A DNA stretch of 64,000 nt from an uncultured Chloroflexia bacterium (GCA_963748625.1 CAVVJT010000003.1:192001-256000), one strand, 5' to 3'; counted from the stretch's first letter, positions 1 to 12,214 are shown. Program-made: numbers and translations. Notes: a model not told the origin generated them from the sequence alone.

Positions 1-228
1 GTTGATCGTGGCGAAGATGCCGCTCTTGATGAGCTCGCGGATGATGTCCGCGGGGCTCACACCCAGCAGCTCTGCGAGCTCCTTGACGGTGATCGTCGAC
101 GGCAGCTCGACTGCGCCACGCTCGCTCGGATCGATAATTGCGACGCCACCCGGCGTGAACGCGCCTGCGCGTCGCGGGGGCTTGCGAGGGCCTCGACGGC
201 CGCGGGTGCCGCTCCTACTCCTGGCCAT
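1..228 (-). CDS. infB: Translation initiation factor IF-2, N-terminal part (runs off window start)
   Basis: Manual translation from ATG at 228: MARSRSGTRGRRGPRKPPRR...VELPSTITVKELAELLGVSPADIIRELIKSGIFATIN (IF-2 N domain). [11 protein letters not shown] upstream. Follows nusA-ylxR. Confidence 0.93.
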   Translation of the reverse strand, partial: MARSRSGTRGRRGPRKPPRRAGAFTPGGVAIIDPSERGAVELPSTITVKELAELLGVSPADIIRELIKSGIFATIN

Positions 229-571
229 GGGCTCCTCCTTCGTCGGAAGTCAGGGATCCGCGGGCCGGCATTGCGGGCCCCGTGGGGCCGGCCGCCAGGG
301 CCGCCGCGAGATCGGTGGGGATGGTGGTCTTGAGCGCGTGCTCGAGGGCACGCTTGCGGGCGGCCTGGTCCCAGCAGGACGCGTTCCGGCAAAGGTACGC
401 GCCGCGGCCGGGGAGCCGCCCGGAGTGGTCGATGGTGACGGTGCCGGCGGGGGTTCGCACGATGCGCACGAGCTCCCGCTTGGGCCGAGGGGTACGGCAG
501 GCAACGCAACTCCGCTCAGGGAGCCGACGCGGCGAGGAAGGCCGGGACTTACCGGCCGTCGCCGGGCCTAC
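215..571 (-). CDS. ylxR: YlxR/DUF448 (RnpM) family RNA-binding protein; start codon uncertain
   Basis: Frame reads PERSCVACRTPRPKRELVRIV...PGRGAYLC (DUF448 motifs). Lies between nusA and infB. No ATG/GTG/TTG upstream of the CxxC motif. Confidence 0.85.
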   Translation of the reverse strand, partial: VGPATAGKSRPSSPRRLPERSCVACRTPRPKRELVRIVRTPAGTVTIDHSGRLPGRGAYLCRNASCWDQAARKRALEHALKTTIPTDLAAALAAGPTGPAMPARGSLTSDEGGAHGQE

Positions 572-1914
572 GACGACACCTCCTCGGAGGACTTCTTCCG
601 GGACTTCTTCACCGGGGCGGCGGGCGCCGCTTCGGGCTCAGGGGTAGCTTCCGCGGCGGGCGCCGCTTCGGGCTCAGGGGTAGCTTCCGCGGCGGGCGCC
701 GCTTCGGGCTCAGGGGTAGCTTCCGCGGCGGGCGCCGCTTCGGGCTCCGGCGCGGGCTCGCTGGCCGGTTCCGGCTCGAAGGCCTCCTCGGGTGCGGGCC
801 CAGGCTCGCTCACGGCGGAAGGATCCGGCGCGCTCACGGCGGCAGGCTCCGGCTCGGGCTCAGGTGCCGGGGCCGGTTCCACGGGCAGCGCGTCGCTGCG
901 GATGTCGATCCGCCAGCCGGTGAGGCGGGCGGCCAAGCGGGCGTTCTGACCCTCCCGGCCGATCGCAAGTGAGAGCATCCGCTCGGGAACCGTGACGCTG
1001 GCGACCCGGTTCGCCTCGTCCACCGTCACGCCGAGCACCTGGGCGGGCGAGAGCGCGTTCGCGACGAACACCGACGCGTCGTCGCTCCACGGGATGACGT
1101 CGATCTTCTCGCCCGCGAGCTCCGCGACCACCGCCTGCACGCGCGCGCCACGCTGGCCGACGGTTGCGCCGACCGGGTCCAGCCCGTCCTGGCGGGAGGC
1201 CACGGCCACCTTGGAGCGCGATCCCGCCTCGCGGGAGATCGCCTTGATCTCGACGGTGCCGGCGTGGATCTCGGGCACCTCCAGCTCGAAGAGCCGGCGC
1301 AGGAAGCCCTTGTGGGTGCGCGAGACCATGATCTGGGGGCCGCGGGCCGAGCGGCGCACCTCCAGCACGAAGGCCTTCACGGGCTGGCCGATGCGGTAGT
1401 GCTCGAGCGGGCTCTGCTCACTGGTGGCGAGCACCGCCTCTGCGCCTTTGCCCACGTCGAGGATGATCGCGCGTGGCTCCACGCGGGACACGGACCCCGT
1501 GATCAGCTCACCCTCGCGCGACGCGAACTGGTCGAACATCTGGTCGCGCTCGACCTCGCGCATGCGCTGCAGGATGATCTGCTTGGCGGTCTGAGCGCCG
1601 ATCCGACCGTACTTCTCCGCGTCGAGCTGCTCGATCTCGAGCACCGCACCTACGTGGATATCCGGGTTGGACTCACGGGCCTCTGCGAACGAGATCTCCA
1701 GGTCGGGGTTCTCAATCTCATCGACGACGTGGCGCCCGCGGTAGACGCGGATCTCCCCCGTGCCCGCCTCGACCTTGACGAAGATGTCCTCCTCGCCCGC
1801 CACGCGCCGGTAGGCCGCCTGGATGCCCTCCTCGACCGCGCGGATGAGCGCCGACTGGCTGACCTGCTTCTCGGCGTTGAGCTGGAGGAGCGCACCGACG
1901 AAGTCGCGACTCAT
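568..1914 (-). CDS. nusA: Transcription termination/antitermination factor NusA
   Basis: GRIGAQTAKQ, S1 and KH motifs (REAGSRSKVAV, SLAIGREGQNARLAARLTGWRIDI). SD GGGAGG before ATG. Long Pro/Glu/Ala tail. Confidence 0.97.
   Translation of the reverse strand: MSRDFVGALLQLNAEKQVSQSALIRAVEEGIQAAYRRVAGEEDIFVKVEAGTGEIRVYRGRHVVDEIENPDLEISFAEARESNPDIHVGAVLEIEQLDAEKYGRIGAQTAKQIILQRMREVERDQMFDQFASREGELITGSVSRVEPRAIILDVGKGAEAVLATSEQSPLEHYRIGQPVKAFVLEVRRSARGPQIMVSRTHKGFLRRLFELEVPEIHAGTVEIKAISREAGSRSKVAVASRQDGLDPVGATVGQRGARVQAVVAELAGEKIDVIPWSDDASVFVANALSPAQVLGVTVDEANRVASVTVPERMLSLAIGREGQNARLAARLTGWRIDIRSDALPVEPAPAPEPEPEPAAVSAPDPSAVSEPGPAPEEAFEPEPASEPAPEPEAAPAAEATPEPEAAPAAEATPEPEAAPAAEATPEPEAAPAAPVKKSRKKSSEEVSS
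617..747. repeat. 36-bp in-frame tandem repeat (3 identical copies plus partial) in the nusA tail
   Basis: Unit gcggcgggcgccgcttcgggctcaggggtagcttcc at 617, 653 and 689, partial at 725; encodes EAAPAAEATPEP. Confidence 0.95.
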
Positions 1915-1960
1915 CATGCGCCTCCCTGCTGCCTGCGTCCGTGTACAAGGCTTTCGACAC

Positions 1961-1990
1961 AAAGAAACGTGGGTTGGTCACCCACGTTCG
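1961..1990 (-). promoter_or_regulatory. rimP-leader-type hairpin upstream of nusA
   Basis: Minus strand GAACGTGGG-TGACCAA-CCCACGTTTC-TTT: GTGGG/CCCAC stem followed by U-rich tract at the usual position of the conserved rimP-nusA-infB leader. Confidence 0.65.
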
Positions 1991-2016
1991 GTGGCGGCCT
2001 CGCGGTATTGCCGGGG

Positions 2017-2046
2017 AGTATACACCCGGGCGCGTGGACGACTCAA
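2017..2046 (-). promoter_or_regulatory. Putative sigma70-type promoter of nusA operon
   Basis: TTGAGT (2041-2046)-N18-TATACT (2017-2022) on minus strand in a very GC-rich background. Confidence 0.55.
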
Positions 2047-2341
2047 TCGCACCCCGGGAAGCCGGGTCACTCGGCCCCCGGCCCGGATGCGCGGCCAGCG
2101 TGCGCACGGGCGGGTGCCCTGCGGTTCCTGCGCGCCTGGCGCGCAGGATCGATGCTCCAGGGCCCGGGAGGCGCGGAGATGCATGCTGGGCGCGCAGGAA
2201 TGACGGGCCACGCTCCGGTAGGCACGCCCGGCGCGCACCGGCACGGGCGGGGCCAGGGCCGGCGCGGGCCTGGGCGGGGGCCAGCAGGAGATGGGAGGCT
2301 CCCCTGCTGGACGCAAGCCTCCCCGCCCACGACACGGCCCG

Positions 2342-2917
2342 TCAGCCCGGACCGAGATCTGCCGATGGGCGATGGTGCGCCTCGCCGCCAGCCGTGAAGA
2401 ACGGCTGTTGCCGCCAGCCGAACACGCCTGCGAGCAGGCTTCCGGGCACCTGGTGGATCCGCGTGTTGTAGCGGTAGACCTGGTCGTTGTAGAGCTCGCG
2501 CCGGTCGGCGATGACATCCTCGAGGCGGGCGATCTCCGCCTGGAGGCCCGCCACGTTGTCCGCCGACTTCACCTCGGGATACCGCTCGACAACCGCGAGC
2601 AGCTGCCGCACCGCCCTCGTCGTAGCCTCGCTGGTCGTCGCCTGGCTCGGGATGGGCTCGCTGTCCGAGTAGGCCGCTCGCTGGGCCGTCACCTCCGTGA
2701 GGACCTCGCGCTCGAAGGCCATGAGGTCGCGCACCGCCTCCACGAGGTTCGGGAGCTCGTCGTGTCGCTGCTTGAGGGCGACGTCGATGTTCGCCCACGC
2801 CTTGGCGATGCGGTTCCGGAGCGCGACGACGTCGTTGTACGTGGTCACGACGAGGAACGCGACCACCGCGATGACGACGGCGACCGCGAACAGCGCGGCC
2901 AGGGTGTTCAGGGGCAT
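2342..2917 (-). CDS. lemA: LemA family protein
   Basis: N-terminal TM, then YNDVVALRNRIAKAWANIDVALKQRHDELPNLV...ERYPEVKS...RRELYNDQVYRYNTRIHQVPG. Confidence 0.92.
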   Translation of the reverse strand: MPLNTLAALFAVAVVIAVVAFLVVTTYNDVVALRNRIAKAWANIDVALKQRHDELPNLVEAVRDLMAFEREVLTEVTAQRAAYSDSEPIPSQATTSEATTRAVRQLLAVVERYPEVKSADNVAGLQAEIARLEDVIADRRELYNDQVYRYNTRIHQVPGSLLAGVFGWRQQPFFTAGGEAHHRPSADLGPG

Positions 2918-2937
2918 GGCGCGGACATCATCGCGGA

Positions 2938-4005
2938 TCAGGCTCCCGCGAGGAGTGCCGCACCGCAGACCGCCGAGACGATCGCGAGCACGGCGCCGAG
3001 CAGCCCCACGAGGAAGGTGCCCCGGTGGCGTGCCGCCACCTCGGCTGGCGCACCCCAAGCCACGAGCAGCGGCGCATCCGGCGCGGAGGCGATGACCAGG
3101 AGGTCGGGCTCGATGTCGAAGGTGACCTCGATCTCCGCTGCCTCGGCCGGCGTCGCCAGGGCCGGCGGGCGGGCGGCCGGATCCAGCTCCGGCGGTCGCA
3201 CCGGTCGGCCGATCCCGAACCCGGGGATCGCGGCATTGCCCCAGGCCTCCTCGGGGTTCAGCAGGGTTCCCGCGGCACGGGCCTCCGCGATGTCGGCTGC
3301 GATGGCGGCGTCGGCAAGGGCGCCGAGCGGGTCAAGGGACCCATCTAGCGCATCGGCCGTCGCCGGGTCCTCCAGCGTCGAGAAGGGTCGGGCCGTCCCT
3401 ACCACAGTGATCACGTCGCCCGGCTCCAGGCGGGCCTCGATGAACCGCCGCCCGTCGTCCGCGCCGAAGCCGCCGTCCAACCCCGGCAGGTCACCCGCCG
3501 GCGCCGCCGGCTGGACGGTGAGCAGCGCCGTGATCGCCGCCTCACGATCCACGGAGGGCTCGGCCATGACCACGGCGGTCCTGCGGGGCGCGAGCCCCGG
3601 CGGCAGGTCGCCCATGAGCCCGGCTTGCTCGTTGAAGCGGTCGGGGACGTCCAGGCGGGCATCGCGCGGGAAGACGCGGATGGAGCCCGACGCATCACGC
3701 ACGCGGAACCCGATCCCTCGCTCCTCCTTGAAGGTCGTCACGTCGTTCCGCCCCGACGTCTCCACGCGCGAGCGGTACCAGACGCACTCGCGGTCCTGGA
3801 GCGGCGAGCGCAGGAGCACCTCCGCCGTCTCGACCACGCCCGTCACGCGGACCTCGCCAGCCGCCAGCGTGGCGATCCGCGACGTGCTGAGACCCTCCAC
3901 CAGCGCGCCGGACCGATGCCCCATGAGGCCGCGCCAGAGGACGACAATTCCGCCGGCCATGCCGACCGCGCACAACATGAGCAGGAAGGGCTCGGGCTGG
4001 CTCAC
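2938..4005 (-). CDS. Membrane protein, GIDE (prokaryotic E3-ligase-like) domain family
   Basis: N- and C-terminal TM helices; LRSPLQDRECVWYR, FRVRDASGSIRV and EARLEPGDVITVVG motifs; adjacent to LemA. Confidence 0.65.
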   Translation of the reverse strand: MSQPEPFLLMLCAVGMAGGIVVLWRGLMGHRSGALVEGLSTSRIATLAAGEVRVTGVVETAEVLLRSPLQDRECVWYRSRVETSGRNDVTTFKEERGIGFRVRDASGSIRVFPRDARLDVPDRFNEQAGLMGDLPPGLAPRRTAVVMAEPSVDREAAITALLTVQPAAPAGDLPGLDGGFGADDGRRFIEARLEPGDVITVVGTARPFSTLEDPATADALDGSLDPLGALADAAIAADIAEARAAGTLLNPEEAWGNAAIPGFGIGRPVRPPELDPAARPPALATPAEAAEIEVTFDIEPDLLVIASAPDAPLLVAWGAPAEVAARHRGTFLVGLLGAVLAIVSAVCGAALLAGA

Positions 4006-4035
4006 CTGGCGCGGCTCCCCGCCTCACCCGCGCGC

Positions 4036-5271
<1,236 letters not shown>

Positions 5272-5273
5272 GG

Positions 5274-6368
5274 TCAGTTGCCCCCGCCCAACTGCCTGGC
5301 GATGTCGAACACGGTGATCCAGATGAGGAAGCTGAATAGGGCGACGAACCCGATCGCGTACGTCAACTGCTCGGCGCGCAGCGAGATCCGCGCCCCGACG
5401 CCCGGGATGGCCTTGAGGAGCAGGACCATGATCCGGCCGCCATCCAAGGGCGGGAACGGCAGGATGTTGACCAGGGCCAGGTTGGCCGACAGGAGGCCCG
5501 CCATGTAGAGCACGTAGAGGGGGCCGAGGTTCCAGAGGATGTCGCCGACCTGGAAGGCGATGCCCACGGGACCCGCGGCGGGCGGGGCCGTGGTCGGGTT
5601 GGTCACGATGGACCGCCCGAGGTCGCCGAGACCGCCGAGGATCATGGTGAAGGCGTCGATCGTGCGCTGCCAGCCGATCTGCACCGCCTCGAGGAACGAG
5701 CGCTCGACGGTGCCGACCTGAGTGCCCGCCAGCTTGCCGATGCCCAGGGCGCCCTCGTTCTCGTTCGCCGGAACCCGCAGCGTGACGGTGTAGTCCGTGT
5801 ACGTGCCATCAGGATGGGCGACGCCGATGACCACGGTCTGGCCGGCGAGCGTCCGCAGGTCCTCGGTGGGGAACTGCTGCTCGAAGGCGGAGTAGGTCCT
5901 GCCGTTGACGCTCACGACCGTGTCGCCCGGCTGCAGGCCGATGGTCTCGGCCGGCGACCCTGCGACCACCTCCCCGACCGTCACGCCGATGGCAGGCTCG
6001 CCCCAGAACGCGATACCCGTGAAGATCACGAAGGAGAGCAGCAGGTTCATCGCGACGCCCGCGACCAGGATCACGACCTTCATCGGGAGCCGCTGGTTCG
6101 AGAAGGAGCGAGGGTCATCGGCCTCGTCGCCGTCCTCGCCCTCGAGCTTCACGAAACCGCCGATCGGCAGCCAGTTGAGCGTGTAGAGGGTCTCGCCACC
6201 CTGCTTGATGACTTTCGCCCGCGGCGGAAAGCCGATTCCAAACTCGAGCACCTTGACCTTGGCGGCGCGCGCGGTCACGAAGTGGCCGATCTCGTGGATC
6301 AGGACGAGGCCGCCCAGCACGAGGATGAAGACGACGATCGTCCCGAGGGACTGGAGCAGCTCGACCAT
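5274..6368 (-). CDS. rseP: Site-2 zinc metalloprotease (M50) with PDZ domain
   Basis: [22 protein letters not shown]; between dxr and ispG. Confidence 0.93.
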   Translation of the reverse strand: MVELLQSLGTIVVFILVLGGLVLIHEIGHFVTARAAKVKVLEFGIGFPPRAKVIKQGGETLYTLNWLPIGGFVKLEGEDGDEADDPRSFSNQRLPMKVVILVAGVAMNLLLSFVIFTGIAFWGEPAIGVTVGEVVAGSPAETIGLQPGDTVVSVNGRTYSAFEQQFPTEDLRTLAGQTVVIGVAHPDGTYTDYTVTLRVPANENEGALGIGKLAGTQVGTVERSFLEAVQIGWQRTIDAFTMILGGLGDLGRSIVTNPTTAPPAAGPVGIAFQVGDILWNLGPLYVLYMAGLLSANLALVNILPFPPLDGGRIMVLLLKAIPGVGARISLRAEQLTYAIGFVALFSFLIWITVFDIARQLGGGN

Positions 6369-7589
6369 CTAGTTCACCGGTCCTGTCGCGAAGGCGGCGC
6401 GGACCTCGAGGTCGAGGGCGACGAGGCTCTCGATGTCAGGCGCCTGGTCGGGACCCTCGCCGAAGCGGCGCACCGCCGCCTCGAGGAGACGTGGGATCCC
6501 GGGGAAGTCCAAGGTTCGATCAAGGAACCGCGCGACGGCCACCTCGTCGGCGGCGATCAGCGCGGCGGATGCCCGTGGCCCCAGGCGGCCGGCATCGCGC
6601 GCGATGCGCAGAGCCGGGAAACGCCCCTCATCGGGAGCACGGAAGTCGAGGCGGGCGGACGCAACAAGATCCGGCGGCGTCGACGGGGACGGGAGCCGGT
6701 CGGGGTGCGTCAGCGAGTACTGGATGGGAATGCGCATGTCGGGGGTGCCCAGCTGGGCCTTGAGCGAGCCGTCCACGAACAGGACGGCCGAGTGCACGAC
6801 GCTCTGCGGGTGGACGACGACGTCGATCGCGTCATAGGCCACATCGTAAAGCCAGTGCGCCTCGATGACCTCCAGGCCCTTGTTGGCGAGCGTTGCGGAG
6901 TCGATCGTGATCTTGGCCCCCATGGTCCACGTCGGGTGCTTGAGCGCCCGCTCCGGGGTGATGGACGCGAACTCGTCGCTCGGGGTTTCCAGGAACGGGC
7001 CGCCCGAGGCGGTCAGCACCAGGCGTGCCACCCGTGACATCGATTCGCCCACGAGGCACTGCCAGATGGCCGAGTGCTCGGAATCGATGGGGCGGAGCCA
7101 GGCCAGCGGCGTCGCAAGGGGGTCGTACGCGTCTGCCGCGGCGCGTGTCGCGGCCTGGCGGCGGGCCTCGGCCATCACCAGGTGACCGCCGGCGACGAGG
7201 GTCTCCTTGTTCGCGGTGGCCACGACCTTGCCGGCTTCGAGCGCTGCGAGCGTCGGGCGGAGCGACACCACGCCGCCGGTACCTACGATCACGAGGTCCA
7301 CGTCGTCGCGGGTGGCCAGGTTGAGCAGGGCATCTTCGCCCCGGACCCGGACCACCCCGGACGGAAGGTCGAGGCTCGCGCCGTCGTCCGCGAGCGCCAC
7401 GGCCCTCGGGTGCAGCCTGGCCGCCTGGGCCTCGAGCTCCGCGGCATTCCGGCCTGTCGCGAGCGCGACGACCTCGAACCGGTCGGCGTGCGCCTCGAGG
7501 ACCTCGACGGTCTGGCGGCCGATGCTGCCCGTCGAGCCGAGCAGGGCGACCCGCAGCCGCCCGCGGTCAGCGAGCGAGCGCGACGACAT
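6369..7589 (-). CDS. dxr: 1-deoxy-D-xylulose-5-phosphate reductoisomerase
   Basis: [45 protein letters not shown]; start approximate. Confidence 0.96.
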   Translation of the reverse strand: MSSRSLADRGRLRVALLGSTGSIGRQTVEVLEAHADRFEVVALATGRNAAELEAQAARLHPRAVALADDGASLDLPSGVVRVRGEDALLNLATRDDVDLVIVGTGGVVSLRPTLAALEAGKVVATANKETLVAGGHLVMAEARRQAATRAAADAYDPLATPLAWLRPIDSEHSAIWQCLVGESMSRVARLVLTASGGPFLETPSDEFASITPERALKHPTWTMGAKITIDSATLANKGLEVIEAHWLYDVAYDAIDVVVHPQSVVHSAVLFVDGSLKAQLGTPDMRIPIQYSLTHPDRLPSPSTPPDLVASARLDFRAPDEGRFPALRIARDAGRLGPRASAALIAADEVAVARFLDRTLDFPGIPRLLEAAVRRFGEGPDQAPDIESLVALDLEVRAAFATGPVN

Positions 7590-8391
7590 ACAGCGCGACC
7601 ACGGGACCGGCGAACAGGAAGGAGTCGATCCGGTCGAGGATGCCGCCGTGACCCGGGATGAGCGTCCCGGAGTCCTTGGCGCCGGCGGCACGCTTGAGCA
7701 TCGACTCGGCGAGGTCGCCGGCCTGGGCCGCCAGCGCCAGGACCGGGCCGAGGATGAGGCCGCCGAGGGCGTTCTGGCCCAGAAGTGCCAGCATCAGCGT
7801 AGTCACCATCGTGGACGCCACGATGCCACCGATCAGGCCCTCGATGGACTTGGACGGTGAGATGTGGGTGAGGAACTTGTGCCGGCCGATCTGGCTGCCG
7901 ACGAGGTACGCGCCCGTGTCGTAGGACCAGACGCCCAGGACGAGCAGGAGGACCCAGCCGCGCTCCGCCTGGATCGGCGCCAGCAGAGCGCTCGAGGGGA
8001 GGTCAGGTGCCACCGCAGCGACCTGCAGGACGAAGGCGATGAGGCCCACGTACACCGCCCCGAACACGGTGGCGAACCAGACGACGAGGCCGTCACGAGG
8101 ATCCTGCTGGGTGAAGGCCCCCACGCCCGCGAGCACCGTGCCGAGGCCGACCAGCAGCAGGCCCTTGTCACCGAGCGGCTGCAGGAACGCCTCCAGCACG
8201 AACGTCACGGCGAGGACGGTGCCGAACAGGCTCAGCGACGGGTAGCCCGCCATCTTGAGCAGCTTGAACACCTCGGTCCCGCCGACGACGGCGAGTACCA
8301 CCAGGAGCGCGGCGATCCCAGGCAGGCCGAGCGCCACCGCGACCAGCAGCACCGGGACGATCACGAGCGCGGACAGGCCGCGGGTCTTCAT
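7567..8391 (-). CDS. cdsA: Phosphatidate cytidylyltransferase
   Basis: Multi-TM; [45 protein letters not shown]. Confidence 0.95.
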   Translation of the reverse strand: MKTRGLSALVIVPVLLVAVALGLPGIAALLVVLAVVGGTEVFKLLKMAGYPSLSLFGTVLAVTFVLEAFLQPLGDKGLLLVGLGTVLAGVGAFTQQDPRDGLVVWFATVFGAVYVGLIAFVLQVAAVAPDLPSSALLAPIQAERGWVLLLVLGVWSYDTGAYLVGSQIGRHKFLTHISPSKSIEGLIGGIVASTMVTTLMLALLGQNALGGLILGPVLALAAQAGDLAESMLKRAAGAKDSGTLIPGHGGILDRIDSFLFAGPVVALYVVALAR

Positions 8392-8404
8392 GCGGGGGTC
8401 TCCC

Positions 8405-9220
8405 CTAGCGGCCGAAGCGGCGCGTGCGGCTGGCGAACTCCTGCAGCGCGGCGTCGAACGCGTCAGGTCCGAAGTCCGGCCACAGGCAGTCGGTGAAGAC
8501 GAGCTCCGCGTACGCGGACTGCCAGATCAGGAAGTTGCTGATCCGCTGCTCACCGCCGGTGCGGATGACGAGATCAGGATCCGGCAGGCCGCCGGTGTAC
8601 AGCGCATCTGAGATGGCGCGTTCGTCCACCTGGTCAGCGGGCACGCCCGAGGCGACAAGCTTCCGGACGGCGTCCACGAGCTCGGTGCGGCCGGCGTAGT
8701 TCCAGGCGATGTTGAGGTTGAGGCGGGCACCTGAGGCCGTCCGTTCGACGGCCCCGTCGATGGCGTCGCGGGTGTCCTGCGGGAGCTCCTCCATCCGCCC
8801 GAGCACCCGGACGTGCACGCCCTCCTGCGCCAGCTCGTCGGTCTCGCTCGCGATGGCGCGTCCGAGGAGGTCGAACAGGCCGCTGACCTCCTCATCCGAG
8901 CGGGCCCAGTTCTCGCGGCTGAAGGCGTACAGCGTGAGCATCGGGACGCCTCGGGTGACGGCGTGGCGGAGGAGGCCGCGGACGGCCTCCATCCCGGCGG
9001 CGTGCCCCTCGAAGTCCGGGAGCCCACGCGCCTTCGCCCAGCGCCGGTTGCCATCCATGATGATGGCGACGTGGCGCGGCAACTCCTCGGCTGGCAGCAA
9101 CGGCACCTCGGCCGCGGGCATGCCGGTCTCCGGCACCGCGCCGTCCGCCCCGTCCACGTGGGCGAGCGGCGGGGCGTCCGTGGGACGCGCGAGCGAGCGA
9201 TCGAGCGGCGCCTGGGCCAC
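8405..9220 (-). CDS. uppS: Undecaprenyl/polyprenyl diphosphate synthase
   Basis: [40 protein letters not shown]. Confidence 0.96.
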   Translation of the reverse strand: MAQAPLDRSLARPTDAPPLAHVDGADGAVPETGMPAAEVPLLPAEELPRHVAIIMDGNRRWAKARGLPDFEGHAAGMEAVRGLLRHAVTRGVPMLTLYAFSRENWARSDEEVSGLFDLLGRAIASETDELAQEGVHVRVLGRMEELPQDTRDAIDGAVERTASGARLNLNIAWNYAGRTELVDAVRKLVASGVPADQVDERAISDALYTGGLPDPDLVIRTGGEQRISNFLIWQSAYAELVFTDCLWPDFGPDAFDAALQEFASRTRRFGR

Positions 9221-9777
9221 TAGACCTCCATGACCTCCTGCTCCTTGGCCCCGCCCACGCGATCGACATCGGCGACGATCCGGTCGGTGATCTTCTGGAG
9301 CTGCTCCAGCTCACGGCGGGCCTCGTCGGCGCCGATCGAGCCGTCCTTCTCTTCCTTCTTGATGTGGTCGTTCGCGTCGCGGCGCAGGCCGCGGATCTCG
9401 ACCTTCGCCTCCTCCATCCGCTTGTGGACGGTCTTGACGATGTCCTTGCGACGCTCCTCGGTGAGGGGCGGGATGTTGAGGCGGATGACGGTGCCATCGA
9501 CATTCGGCATGAGGCCGATGTCACTCTTCATGATCGCCTTCTCCATCGGGCCGAGCACCCCGCGATCCCATGGCTGGATCACGATCTGGTGCGGCTCCGG
9601 CACGGAGATCGACGCGAGCTGGTTGAGCGGCGTCTGCGTCCCGTAGTAGTCGACGTGGATGCGCTCCACCAGCGCGGTGGAGGCGCGGCCGGTCCGGAGG
9701 CCCTGGAAGTCGCGCTCCATGGCCTCGACGGCGCGGTGCATCTTGTGCTCCGCGGCCGCAAGGATCTCGCTGGTCAT
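9220..9777 (-). CDS. frr: Ribosome recycling factor
   Basis: LRTGRAS, VDYYG, IPPLTEERRK; 185 aa. Confidence 0.97.
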   Translation of the reverse strand: MTSEILAAAEHKMHRAVEAMERDFQGLRTGRASTALVERIHVDYYGTQTPLNQLASISVPEPHQIVIQPWDRGVLGPMEKAIMKSDIGLMPNVDGTVIRLNIPPLTEERRKDIVKTVHKRMEEAKVEIRGLRRDANDHIKKEEKDGSIGADEARRELEQLQKITDRIVADVDRVGGAKEQEVMEV

Positions 9778-9794
9778 CGGATCGTCCTCTTGGC

Positions 9795-10565
9795 TCAGGC
9801 GCTGATGACGGTGCCCACGCGGTCACCGCGGGCCACCTTCATCACATTGTCGGTCTCGTTGAGGTCGAACACCACGATCGGCAGGTTGTTCTCCGAGCAC
9901 AGGGACACGGCTGCGGCGTCGAGCACCTTCAGCTGGTCGCGGAGGACGTCCTGGTAGCTGAGGTGGTCGTAGCGGACCGCGGTCGGAACCTTCATCGGGT
10001 CGGCGTCGTAGACGCCATCCACCTTGGTCGCCTTGAGCAGCACCTCGGCACCGATCTCGACCGCCCTCAGGGCGGCCGCGGTGTCCGTCGTGAAATAGGG
10101 ATTGCCGGTACCGGCCACGAAGATCGCGACCCGGCCCTTCTCCAGGTGGCGGACGGCCCGCCGGCGGATGTACGGCTCGGCGATCTCGTTCATGGAGATG
10201 GCCGACATGACGCGGACCGGCACGCCGGCCCGCTCGATGGCGTCCTGCAGCGCGAGTCCGTTCATCACGGTCGCCAGCATGCCGATGTAGTCGCCCGTGG
10301 CCCGGTCCATGCCCTTCGCCGACGCGGCAAGGCCCCGGAAGATGTTGCCGCCGCCCACCACGATACCGACCTGGACGCCCATCTCATGGACCGCCGCCAC
10401 CTGCTGCGCGACGAAGGCGCAGAAGGCAGGGTCGACCCCGTACTGGCGCTCCCCCAGGAGGGCCTCGCCGGAGAGTTTGAGCAGGATCCGGTGGTAGCGG
10501 AGGCCGTCGGCGGGGGCCGTCACCGGCCCCTCACCAGTGCCGGTCTCTCGACCGGCGTCCGTCAC
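9795..10565 (-). CDS. pyrH: UMP kinase
   Basis: [38 protein letters not shown]; GTG start overlapping tsf stop. Confidence 0.97.
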   Translation of the reverse strand: MTDAGRETGTGEGPVTAPADGLRYHRILLKLSGEALLGERQYGVDPAFCAFVAQQVAAVHEMGVQVGIVVGGGNIFRGLAASAKGMDRATGDYIGMLATVMNGLALQDAIERAGVPVRVMSAISMNEIAEPYIRRRAVRHLEKGRVAIFVAGTGNPYFTTDTAAALRAVEIGAEVLLKATKVDGVYDADPMKVPTAVRYDHLSYQDVLRDQLKVLDAAAVSLCSENNLPIVVFDLNETDNVMKVARGDRVGTVISA

Positions 10566-11158
10566 ATCTCCTCCCCGAGCGCGAAGCGGACGAAGCGGCG
10601 CACGCGGATGTTCTCGCCGATTGTCGCGATCCGGTCGGTCACGAGCTCCCGCACCGTGCGGTCCTCGTCGCGGAAGGGCTGCTCGAGGAGGCAGACCTCC
10701 TTGTACCACTTCTTGAGCTGGCCCTCGACGATCTTCTCGCGGATCGCCTCTGGCTTGCTCTGGACCGACTCGTCGGCGACGAGCGCGGCCTTCTTGGCCG
10801 TGACGACATCTTCAGGGATGCGGTCCACGTCCACGTACAGTGCGCCGAGGCCCGCGACCTGCATGGCGAGGTCCTTCACGAGCCGCTGGAACTCATCGGT
10901 ACGGGCGACGAAGTCCGTCTCGCAGTTGACCTCGATCAGCACGCCGACGCGGCCGCCGGTGTGGATGTAGCTCGAGACGAGGCCCTCGCGTGCGTCGCGG
11001 CCGGCCTTCTTCTGGGCGGCGGCGAGACCACGCTCGCGCAGGTTCGCGACGGCCTGGTCCAGGTCGCCGCCGGTCTCCTCCAGCGCGCGCTTGCAGTCCA
11101 TCATGCCGGCGCCCGTGCGCTCGCGCAGCTCCTTGACCATGTCGGCGGTGATCGCCAT
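10562..11158 (-). CDS. tsf: Elongation factor Ts (short 198-aa type)
   Basis: [29 protein letters not shown]. Confidence 0.97.
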   Translation of the reverse strand: MAITADMVKELRERTGAGMMDCKRALEETGGDLDQAVANLRERGLAAAQKKAGRDAREGLVSSYIHTGGRVGVLIEVNCETDFVARTDEFQRLVKDLAMQVAGLGALYVDVDRIPEDVVTAKKAALVADESVQSKPEAIREKIVEGQLKKWYKEVCLLEQPFRDEDRTVRELVTDRIATIGENIRVRRFVRFALGEEM

Positions 11159-11299
11159 TCCGACTGTGCTCCTGTTCGTGACTGGGCGCGCAGGCGGGCC
11201 TGCACGCCGGACGATGTCGATCTACCCCGGGCCGGCGTGCGATTGCCGCCGGGCGGGGTGGGGCCCGGCCTGGCCCAGGTGGGCCGGCCGGATGCGGTG

Positions 11300-12208
11300 T
11301 CAGCCTGCGGCGTCGGCCTCGGGGGCGACGGCCGGGGCTGCCGCGGGGGCTGCGGCGGGGGCGCCGGGCAGCAGGTCGTCGTCGAGCTCCGGGTCGAAGG
11401 ACAGTGTGCCGCCGGCCGCCAGCTTGGCAACCAGGTCTGCGTCCGCAGCCGCGACGTCGAACTCCGGCTCAGCCATGGCTGCCGGGGCCTCGCGGACCTC
11501 GGCCTCCGACGAGGTGCGTGCAGCACGCTCGCGGGCACCCTCGATGCACGCGTCCGCGACCAGCTGGCAGAGCAGCCGGATCGAGCGGATGGCGTCGTCG
11601 TTGGCCGGGATGATGAAGTCGAGCTCGTCGGGATCGACGTTGGTGTCGCCCGTGCCCACGACCGGGATCTCGAGCTTGTTCGCCTCGGTGACGGCGATGC
11701 GCTCGCGGTGCGGATCCACGATGAAGATGGCGCCCGGCTGGCGCTTCATCTTGCGGATGCCGCCGAGAGTGGCCTGGAGCTTGTTCAGCTCCTCCATCTT
11801 CCCTGCAGCCTCCTTCTTGGGCAGCCGGTCGAAGTCACCGTTGAGGTGCTGGGCCTCGAGCTGCTCGAGCAGGCCGATGCGCTTCCGGATGGTGACGAAG
11901 TTGGTCATCATGCCGCCGAGCCAGCGCTTGGTGACGAACGGCTGGCCAGCGCGGATGGCCTCCTGCATCACCGGCTCCTGCGCCTGCTTCTTCGTGCCCA
12001 CGAAGAGCACGTAGTCGCCGCGCGCGACGGTCTCGGAGACGAACTCCAGCGCCGAGTCGAGACGCTTGACCGTCTGGGCCAGGTCGATGATGTGGATCCC
12101 GTTGCGCTCCGCGAAGATGTACGGCTTCATCTTCGGGTTCCAGCGGCGGGTCTGATGTCCGAAGTGGACGCCGGCCTCAAGCAGCTGGCGCATGGACACG
12201 GTGGGCAC
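11300..12208 (-). CDS. rpsB: 30S ribosomal protein S2 with acidic/Ala tail
   Basis: [35 protein letters not shown]; GTG at 12208 after SD AGGAGG. Confidence 0.97.
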   Translation of the reverse strand: MPTVSMRQLLEAGVHFGHQTRRWNPKMKPYIFAERNGIHIIDLAQTVKRLDSALEFVSETVARGDYVLFVGTKKQAQEPVMQEAIRAGQPFVTKRWLGGMMTNFVTIRKRIGLLEQLEAQHLNGDFDRLPKKEAAGKMEELNKLQATLGGIRKMKRQPGAIFIVDPHRERIAVTEANKLEIPVVGTGDTNVDPDELDFIIPANDDAIRSIRLLCQLVADACIEGARERAARTSSEAEVREAPAAMAEPEFDVAAADADLVAKLAAGGTLSFDPELDDDLLPGAPAAAPAAAPAVAPEADAAG

Positions 12209-12214
12209 TGGCAG

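Noticed and set aside
10562-11158. Truncated EF-Ts pseudogene
   Set aside because: The ~200-aa form is a known complete type in several phyla, and the ORF is coupled to pyrH
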